Shown here in pieces: positions 27,046-32,321 of a stretch of 32,321 nt of DNA; positions within the stretch are counted from its first letter, which is position 1; every line of letters starts with the position of its first letter. The stretch is from a virus. Its lineage: Duplodnaviria > Caudoviricetes. The position numbers and the translations under genes are program-made. A model generated the notes under the pieces. That model searched no databases. It worked only from the letters and a program-made list of their open reading frames with translations, and was not told where the DNA came from. The stretch lies in the IMG/VR virus record IMGVR_UViG_3300032212_000682, positions 1 to 32,321 of that record; one strand, given 5' to 3'.

Positions 27046-27204
27046 ATGACGAAAATATTAATAATTACAGCCATTTATTACTGGCTAAAAGAACTACCAG
27101 AACTTGAAATAAGGCTATTCACCATCCCGATATCAGGGCAACAAATAGCCTCAATCAAAATCAGTACAGAAATTTACACGCACGACAAAACAATGGAGGC
27201 ATAA
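27046..27204 (+). CDS. Small hypothetical protein (52 aa), first gene of the PL-like operon; not in the ORF track
   Basis: Translated by hand: MTKILIITAIYYWLKELPELEIRLFTIPISGQQIASIKISTEIYTHDKTMEA; GGGGAG/AAGGA upstream; stop 5 nt before the next ATG. Confidence 0.5.
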   Translation: MTKILIITAIYYWLKELPELEIRLFTIPISGQQIASIKISTEIYTHDKTMEA

Positions 27205-27209
27205 ACGAA

Positions 27210-27617
27210 ATGCAAGTCAAATTCCCACCACACATAAAAGTTACCGACCTTGCCGACTTCGTAGCCGACCAAGATTGTAAAATTATCGAAGACCAAAACA
27301 ACTACAAAGTTGTCCCAATCAAAGGCAACCCAAAAACAATCGACTACACCGTGCAAGAAGCCGCAAAACTAATCGGCATCGGCTCAAAAAAACTATTCAT
27401 CCTATTAAAAGAAAAAAACATACTCGACATAAACAACTTACCAAAAAGAAACTATACAGAAGCCGGTTATTTAAAAACAAAACTATCTAGTTGGACACAC
27501 CCAACAACCGGTCAATACCAAATCCGTTCACGCCCTATAGTGACATCCAAAGGCGTAAAGTGGTTAAAAAAAATGGTCGACAACCAACAAACCAACCCAC
27601 TGAAAAAAGCCCAATGA
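27210..27617 (+). CDS. Phage antirepressor KilAC-domain protein
   Basis: V.EAAK.IGIG.KKLF..L.E..I, NLP...Y...GY, VT.KG..WL; GGAGG SD. Confidence 0.85.
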   Translation: MQVKFPPHIKVTDLADFVADQDCKIIEDQNNYKVVPIKGNPKTIDYTVQEAAKLIGIGSKKLFILLKEKNILDINNLPKRNYTEAGYLKTKLSSWTHPTTGQYQIRSRPIVTSKGVKWLKKMVDNQQTNPLKKAQ

Positions 27618-27835
27618 TAACAGGTATATTTATCGGATGGTTAACACTCTGCATAAGCGGCGCACTACTCTTAAAAGGCTTCCGATTAACTCGTTGGTGC
27701 GCCTTCGCCCTAGCTTGGCAACTCACAACACCAGTACGAGAGCCAAACATAGACGGCGCACTACTCATCACCGCTTTTGCACTAACAGAAATCATTTATT
27801 TTTATTCAAAAGGTCTAGCAAAATATTATGAGTAA
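27614..27835 (+). CDS. Small membrane protein (73 aa)
   Basis: ATGA coupling at 27614; 2-3 hydrophobic segments. Confidence 0.55.
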   Translation: MITGIFIGWLTLCISGALLLKGFRLTRWCAFALAWQLTTPVREPNIDGALLITAFALTEIIYFYSKGLAKYYE

Positions 27836-28190
27836 AATTCCACTAGAAAAACTCACCAAAGATGAATTAATCACCCTGATAAATACACATAGCTTTATAC
27901 GCAAGCCGGACGCAACAAGAATTTATTACGAATCCCGCTCAAAAAAGAATCAAGCGGAACAAGAGAAAGTTAGCGCTGAAATAGATAAGGTTTTAAGCGC
28001 GCAAATCATAGCCGCAAAAGAGTATAACGAATGCCGCCATTTAACCGAAAAAATGCGGCTAGCCAGCAAACTATCAAGACTAAAAGCAGAATGGAACACT
28101 TTAAACACCAAATGGGAAAAGCTTTATAAACAGAGTCAAACTATTTTTAAAGATTGTTACGGCGATATAGAGATTAAAGCCGCTAGATAG
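27828..28190 (+). CDS. Hypothetical coiled-coil protein
   Basis: 120 aa; LEKLTKDELI N-terminus; ends in a degenerate copy of the array repeat. Confidence 0.65.
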   Translation: MSKIPLEKLTKDELITLINTHSFIRKPDATRIYYESRSKKNQAEQEKVSAEIDKVLSAQIIAAKEYNECRHLTEKMRLASKLSRLKAEWNTLNTKWEKLYKQSQTIFKDCYGDIEIKAAR

Positions 28191-28199
28191 GGAGCGCGT

Positions 28200-28571
28200 A
28201 TGCCCGAGCGCAGAAAGTTCGAACCACATAAAGATTACGATTGCTTGAAAATACAAGCCTATGCTCTTGATAACCTTTTACGTATCCATGAGTGTGAGAT
28301 TAAAATATTACGGGAAAAATACTACGAATTTGAAAGAGAGAAAATGTCTGCCAATAGTCAGCGGTTAAAATCCGAAATATCAATGAATGAGATATTAACC
28401 AATGAAAATGAAAAGCTAGAGAGCTTAAACAACGCCTATTTTGAAAAAATTCAGAAACTTAGAGCCGCTCTTGAGTTAGCAAAGACGATGATAATTAATA
28501 ACGATCTTGATATTCCGATAACTCTTGAAACGATTAACGAGGCGTTAAATGACGCTGAACCAACTAGATAA
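28200..28571 (+). CDS. Hypothetical coiled-coil protein (array unit 1)
   Basis: 123 aa; GGAG SD; stop codon inside the repeat at 28558. Confidence 0.7.
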   Translation: MPERRKFEPHKDYDCLKIQAYALDNLLRIHECEIKILREKYYEFEREKMSANSQRLKSEISMNEILTNENEKLESLNNAYFEKIQKLRAALELAKTMIINNDLDIPITLETINEALNDAEPTR

Positions 28572-28580
28572 GGGGTATGT

Positions 28581-28817
28581 ATGAGTAAGAATTGGTTTGT
28601 ATTTTCACCAGAGGGTTTAGGCTGGGATACATTTGAAACTGAAGAAGAAGCAAAAGCTTGCATGGATGCTGAAAAAGAAGAGTGGGAACGTCAGGCTAAT
28701 CAAGATGGTGAATGGAGCCCTTGTTGTGATGAGGCAATGATGGGGAAAATTACGCACAGGCATAAACTTATTGATAAAGGTGAATATACAGAATTAGAGC
28801 TTATAAAAACCAACTAG
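28581..28817 (+). CDS. Hypothetical acidic protein (array unit 2)
   Basis: 78 aa; start and stop both lie in repeats; F..FETEEEA.A...DGEW pattern seen in small prophage accessory proteins. Confidence 0.75.
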   Translation: MSKNWFVFSPEGLGWDTFETEEEAKACMDAEKEEWERQANQDGEWSPCCDEAMMGKITHRHKLIDKGEYTELELIKTN

Positions 28818-28830
28818 ATAAGGGGTATGT

Positions 28831-29058
28831 ATGTTGATTACGTTAACAGGAAAACAAATAGCAAACTTAGCAGAAATTGCGGGACTTCAAATTGATGATA
28901 GATTCGTTTATGACGAAGACGTCTTAGAGATAGAAATAGTAGTGATGGAAAATAATAAAGACTTCATTGAAAACGAAGAAGGTGAAAAAATCCCTTGCAA
29001 ATTATTTGCATACTATGCTGAGTATCCAGAAGAAGGCGTTAGCTCATTAGATATTTAA
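28831..29058 (+). CDS. Hypothetical acidic protein (array unit 3)
   Basis: 75 aa; start lies in a repeat and stop abuts the next repeat; EYPEEG motif. Confidence 0.75.
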   Translation: MLITLTGKQIANLAEIAGLQIDDRFVYDEDVLEIEIVVMENNKDFIENEEGEKIPCKLFAYYAEYPEEGVSSLDI

Positions 29059-29078
29059 AAACCAACTAGATAAGGGGT

Positions 29079-29339
29079 ATGTATGATAGACGGACTTAGC
29101 ACTTACAGTGCCCAAAGTGCGGTGACTATAAAGCATTAATGTAATACCCAAGAGAGGGCTTTGAAGATTGTGAAAGCATCACCTGGAAACGCGCCTAGCC
29201 AGACAACGCTAAAACCGGCAAATGTAGAAACAATTGGAGCCCGCCTAGAGAAGACTGGCTATTTTGGTTGTTTAGAACAAACAACACGGATTTTGAGTAT
29301 TTTATCGTTATGAGCAAGACTGCATCACGGTATCGCTAA
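29079..29339 (+). pseudogene. Possible decayed array unit with a CPKCG motif
   Basis: The repeat ATG (29083) opens only 18 codons; another frame reads HLQCPKCGDYKALM*YPREGFEDCES with internal stops. Confidence 0.35.
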
Positions 29340-29408
29340 AAATACTAAGTGGCAACATAGAGATGCAGATATGTTGCTGCTAACCACCAACAAATTAAAT
29401 AAGACAAA

Positions 29409-29696
29409 ATGAAAATATTACATTTAACACTTAAAAAACAATGGTTCGACATGATCGCCAACGGCATGAAAAAAGAAGAGTATCGAGAAATGAAACCCTA
29501 CTGGCATAAGCGACTACTAAACAGAGAATATGATCTCATTTGCTTTAGGAATGGTTACGCTAAAGACGCGCCACGGGTAACGGTAGAATTTAAGGGTTTG
29601 CTCTCCGGTCTTGGTATTATCGAATGGGGAGCACCAGAGAAGCAGGCAGTTTATATACTTAAACTGGGAAACATTTTACACGCTACGAAGCAATAA
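29409..29696 (+). CDS. ASCH-domain protein
   Basis: LHL.LKK.WFDMI..G.K.EEYRE.KPYW..RL and F.NGY (GxKxxExR ASCH signature). Confidence 0.88.
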   Translation: MKILHLTLKKQWFDMIANGMKKEEYREMKPYWHKRLLNREYDLICFRNGYAKDAPRVTVEFKGLLSGLGIIEWGAPEKQAVYILKLGNILHATKQ

Positions 29697-29756
29697 TGTT
29701 GTGTAGAAGATTAAGCGATAGAGACGATAAAACCAACTAGACAAGGAGTAAAAACA

Positions 29757-29951
29757 ATGAGCGACTTACTAAACCTAAAACAAACTGTAGAACAATCAAG
29801 CATCAGTAGCGCGACAATTTATCGAGAAATAAAAAAGGGGAAATTTCCCGCCCCCGTCAAAGTAAGCGCCCGCGCCGTGCGTTGGAGAAAATCAGACATA
29901 GAAGCCTGGAAAGCTAACCCCGAGAAATGGGCACCATCTCAAGCAGCTTAG
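29757..29951 (+). CDS. AlpA-family excisionase / recombination directionality factor
   Basis: S.ATIYR.IK.GKFPAPVK...RAVRWR.SDIEAW; AAGGAG SD; adjacent to the integrase. Confidence 0.92.
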   Translation: MSDLLNLKQTVEQSSISSATIYREIKKGKFPAPVKVSARAVRWRKSDIEAWKANPEKWAPSQAA

Positions 29952-31134
29952 CGCCCCATCGCTCGAATGCCTCTTGTCGCTCACTCATGTATCGTTGCTG
30001 TTGATAAACTCGCTTTAAATCCGTTGGCATATGATTTAAGCAAGCCTCTATTATATGAGGCTCTATTTTCAAATCCCCCATGCGCGAAGCCATCGTGCGT
30101 CGCAAATCGTGTGGCGTCCACTTACCACCAGATAACAAAAGCGAACCAAACATTTTCGTGGATTTCTTCCGATGCACACTCGACACGCGCTCCCCGATAA
30201 TTTTACGCAAATAATCTTCACTAACCGGCTTTTTCCCACTCAAACCCGGCAACAAAAACTCATTTTCACTCAACGTAATCAAACGCTCAAACCAATAAAC
30301 TGAAAAATAACTTAAATGAATTACATGAGACTTACCGTTTTTAGTCTCAGGCAATAGCCATTGCTTTTCCTTGATACCAACATGCCCCACTAGCGCTTGC
30401 CTTAACTCTTTAGTACGACACCCAGTCGACAACATAACCCACAACGACGCCTCAACACGCGGAGGCAATGCCGAATCCCTATACTTTTCGCCCAACTCTT
30501 TTATTTCATCAAACGACAAATTGCGCTCACGTATCGACTCACCCGCCCCTAAATCTTTAGCCTTTAAATGCGCCGTAGGATCAGCCGACACAATACGCCG
30601 ACGAATCCCAAACCCCCACAACGCCCGCAACCAAGACAACACCTTCGACGCCTTCGCCTTAGCCCCACGCCTAACAATCCGCTCAATCACATCAATAATC
30701 TGATCATGCTCAACCGACTTTGCTACCTGATCACCCATAAACGGGAACACATCAAACTCAAAATGCCCGCGTATCTTCACCCCTTTGTCAGCATGATCGA
30801 CAAGCACCGCACCTTCCCACAACTCAAACAATTCCTTAACCGTTTCACCTTCGCCAGACGCCGAATAAAACGCCGGGTCACGCCCCTTAGCCAACGCCTT
30901 TTTAAAATCGAGCTTTTTCTCTCGCGCCTCAGCCAACCCCACATCAGGAAACTTTCCAATATGTAATTTTTTACTTTTACCGCCGAACTTATACCGAAAA
31001 ATAAAAGACTTACCACCACCCACACCCAACGGCCGCACACGCAACCACAAACCGCCACCGTCACCGATCACCTGTTCTTTATCAATGGGCTTAACCGCAT
31101 TTATTTTTGAAACCGAAAGCTTATTTTCTGCCAT
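29914..31134 (-). CDS. Tyrosine integrase, P4-like, with an arm-binding domain
   Basis: DGGGL.LRV, G.KSF.FRY, IG.FP...LAEAR; catalytic R (GCR), K (TKNG), HDLRR, LNH, Y. Confidence 0.96.
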   Translation of the reverse strand: MAENKLSVSKINAVKPIDKEQVIGDGGGLWLRVRPLGVGGGKSFIFRYKFGGKSKKLHIGKFPDVGLAEAREKKLDFKKALAKGRDPAFYSASGEGETVKELFELWEGAVLVDHADKGVKIRGHFEFDVFPFMGDQVAKSVEHDQIIDVIERIVRRGAKAKASKVLSWLRALWGFGIRRRIVSADPTAHLKAKDLGAGESIRERNLSFDEIKELGEKYRDSALPPRVEASLWVMLSTGCRTKELRQALVGHVGIKEKQWLLPETKNGKSHVIHLSYFSVYWFERLITLSENEFLLPGLSGKKPVSEDYLRKIIGERVSSVHRKKSTKMFGSLLLSGGKWTPHDLRRTMASRMGDLKIEPHIIEACLNHMPTDLKRVYQQQRYMSERQEAFERWGAKLLEMVPISRG

Positions 31135-31151
31135 TAAATCACATAACCTTT

Positions 31152-31288
31152 TGGGGGCACCTATGGGGGCACCTACTATTGAGATTAAATGATTTTATCT
31201 GATAAGAACTGATAAAGAAAGAGAACCAAAAGCCTGCAATTACAGTAACTTAGAGAATATATGAGAATAACTGAGAACTAATGACATA
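31152..31288. promoter_or_regulatory. att arm: tandem integrase arm-type sites plus 10-bp-phased repeats
   Basis: TGGGGGCACCTA x2 (31152-31175); GA(T/G)AA at 31201, 31211, 31221 and GAGAA at 31253, 31263, 31273. Confidence 0.65.
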
Positions 31289-31375
31289 TGGTGCCCGGGG
31301 CCGGAATCGAACCGGCACGGTGTTGCCACCGAGGGATTTTAAGTCCCTTGCGTCTACCAATTTCGCCACCCGGGC
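31289..31375 (-). tRNA. tRNA-Leu (TAA), integration target
   Basis: GCCCGGG acceptor stem, AGGGA-CTTAAAA-TCCCT anticodon arm, long variable arm, GGTTCGATTCC, encoded CCA; 87 nt. Confidence 0.97.
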
Positions 31376-31384
31376 ATATTTTTA

Positions 31385-31458
31385 TGGAGGCTGAGCCCGG
31401 AGTCGAACCGAGGTCCACGGATTTGCAATCCGCTGCATAGCCACTCTGCCACTCAGCC
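31385..31458 (-). tRNA. tRNA-Cys (GCA)
   Basis: GGCTGAG/CTCAGCC acceptor stem, GCGGA-TTGCAAA-TCCGT, GGTTCGACTCC, CCA; 74 nt. Confidence 0.97.
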
Positions 31459-31548
31459 ATATAAAACTATCTAAACTTGTTGGGTAGCTATAATAACAAG
31501 TTTAAAAACAAAAAACCTCGACTCTTTGTAAAGCCGAGGTTCCGAATT

Positions 31549-31624
<76 letters not shown>

Positions 31625-31633
31625 CTTGAATGA

Positions 31634-31668
31634 GCGCTGTATTGTACTGATAAGTTAAATTGTGTCAA
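31634..31668 (-). promoter_or_regulatory. Stable-RNA sigma70 promoter of the tRNA operon
   Basis: TTGACA (31663-31668)-16 bp-TACAAT (31641-31646), followed by GC-rich ACAGCGC. Confidence 0.8.
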
Positions 31669-31769
31669 GTATTTATCCCGTAATGTTTCGAATTAATTGC
31701 CCTTAAAATACTATATTACAATTTTCCAAAAATTCAGGAAAAAATCTAATTTAATCAGTAAGCTACTGC

Positions 31770-32321
31770 TTATTCTTTAAACATTGGCCATGCAGCCCTT
31801 AGATACAATACCATCGACCATAATGTCAGGCCTGCAGCGATATATAACAAAACAATGCCTGTCTCATATACTGCAAACTCGCGGAAAGGCTCATGATAGA
31901 GCAATAGGGTTATTGAAAGCATTTGCGCTGCGGTTTTTACTTTTCCGAGTGCAGACACGGCGACACTGGCTCTTGCCCCCAGCTCCGCCATCCACTCACG
32001 TAAGGAAGACACGGCTATTTCGCGACCTATAATTACGGCGGCTGCAATTGCAACCCATGGCGAAGGATTAGCCTGCACTAACAAAACCAGTGCGACTCCC
32101 ACCATCAGCTTATCTGCCACAGGATCTAGGAAGGCACCAAACTTAGATGTCTGATTCATTGCACGTGCTAAATAACCATCTAACCAGTCTGTAAAACCGG
32201 CAAGAATAAAAATTAAGACTGTCGCCTCATTTGACCAGCTGACGGGAAGATAAAAACACACTACAAATACAGGTATTAGAGCAATTCTTCCCCAGGTCAA
32301 CAAGGTAGGAATACTATTCAT
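31770..32321 (-). CDS. pgsA: CDP-diacylglycerol--glycerol-3-phosphate 3-phosphatidyltransferase (host)
   Basis: IP..LT..RI, TDWLDGYLAR...QTS.FGAFLDPVADKL, REW, GK.KT..QM; canonical pgsA-Gly-Cys-Leu synteny. Confidence 0.96.
   Translation of the reverse strand: MNSIPTLLTWGRIALIPVFVVCFYLPVSWSNEATVLIFILAGFTDWLDGYLARAMNQTSKFGAFLDPVADKLMVGVALVLLVQANPSPWVAIAAAVIIGREIAVSSLREWMAELGARASVAVSALGKVKTAAQMLSITLLLYHEPFREFAVYETGIVLLYIAAGLTLWSMVLYLRAAWPMFKE

Larger units (their letters stand above)
28558..29085 (+). repeat. Three exact 26-bp direct repeats AACCAACTAGATAAGGGGTATGTATG
   Basis: 28558-28583, 28808-28833 and 29060-29085; degenerate copies at about 28175-28202 and 29728-29759. Confidence 0.95.
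1..31288. mobile_element. Temperate lambda-like (siphovirus) prophage integrated at the tRNA-Leu 3' end; continues beyond the left edge
   Basis: Integrase next to the tRNA-Leu 3' end; ordered immunity, replication, packaging, head, tail and lysis modules; host pgsA/tRNA cluster on the right. Confidence 0.96.

Noticed and set aside
28558-29085. 26-bp repeats as a CRISPR array
   Set aside because: Spacers are ~225 nt and protein-coding, the repeat is not palindromic, and there are no cas genes
28175-31134. Integron (attC cassettes plus IntI)
   Set aside because: The repeats lack the RYYYAAC...GTTRRRY palindromic attC structure; the integrase has a P4-type arm-binding domain and sits at a tRNA att site
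31278-31460. 60-aa ORF MAEWQSGYAADCKS
   Set aside because: It is a translation of the tRNA-Cys and tRNA-Leu genes
31512-31541. AACCTCG...CGAGGTT hairpin between tRNA-Gly and tRNA-Cys as a separate ncRNA
   Set aside because: Short spacer stem-loop with a T-run on the minus strand; better explained as a processing or partial termination signal in the host tRNA operon

Overview
The window holds most of a temperate, lambda-like siphophage prophage integrated at the 3' end of tRNA-Leu(TAA), in the host pgsA - tRNA-Gly - tRNA-Cys - tRNA-Leu locus of a gammaproteobacterium. Host DNA is about 31.29-32.32 kb; the second att site lies beyond the left edge. Reading leftward on the minus strand from about 25.6 kb: cro, a CII-like gene, TraR/DksA, a replication initiator with iteron-like repeats, a putative cos, terS/terL, a Mor/C-type activator, head genes (gpW-like, lambda-type portal, fused protease-capsid), a fibre module placed among the neck genes, tail genes (G/GT frameshift, short tape measure, Dit with an inserted domain, a 1658-aa tip protein) and the lysis cassette. 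Reading rightward: repressor, YbjQ-like gene, KilAC antirepressor, small accessory ORFs, ASCH protein and AlpA excisionase, convergent with a P4-type integrase. Four signals stand out. (1) An array of single-gene units separated by an exact 26-bp stop/RBS/start repeat (28.2-29.76 kb). (2) A mirror-symmetric immunity region, in which a 33-bp promoter/operator block and an XRE repressor gene appear duplicated in inverted orientation. (3) A 46-bp duplicated late promoter with a dyad, just downstream of the Mor/C-like gene. (4) Three apparently leaderless transcripts. All product calls come from motif recognition by eye, not database searches.
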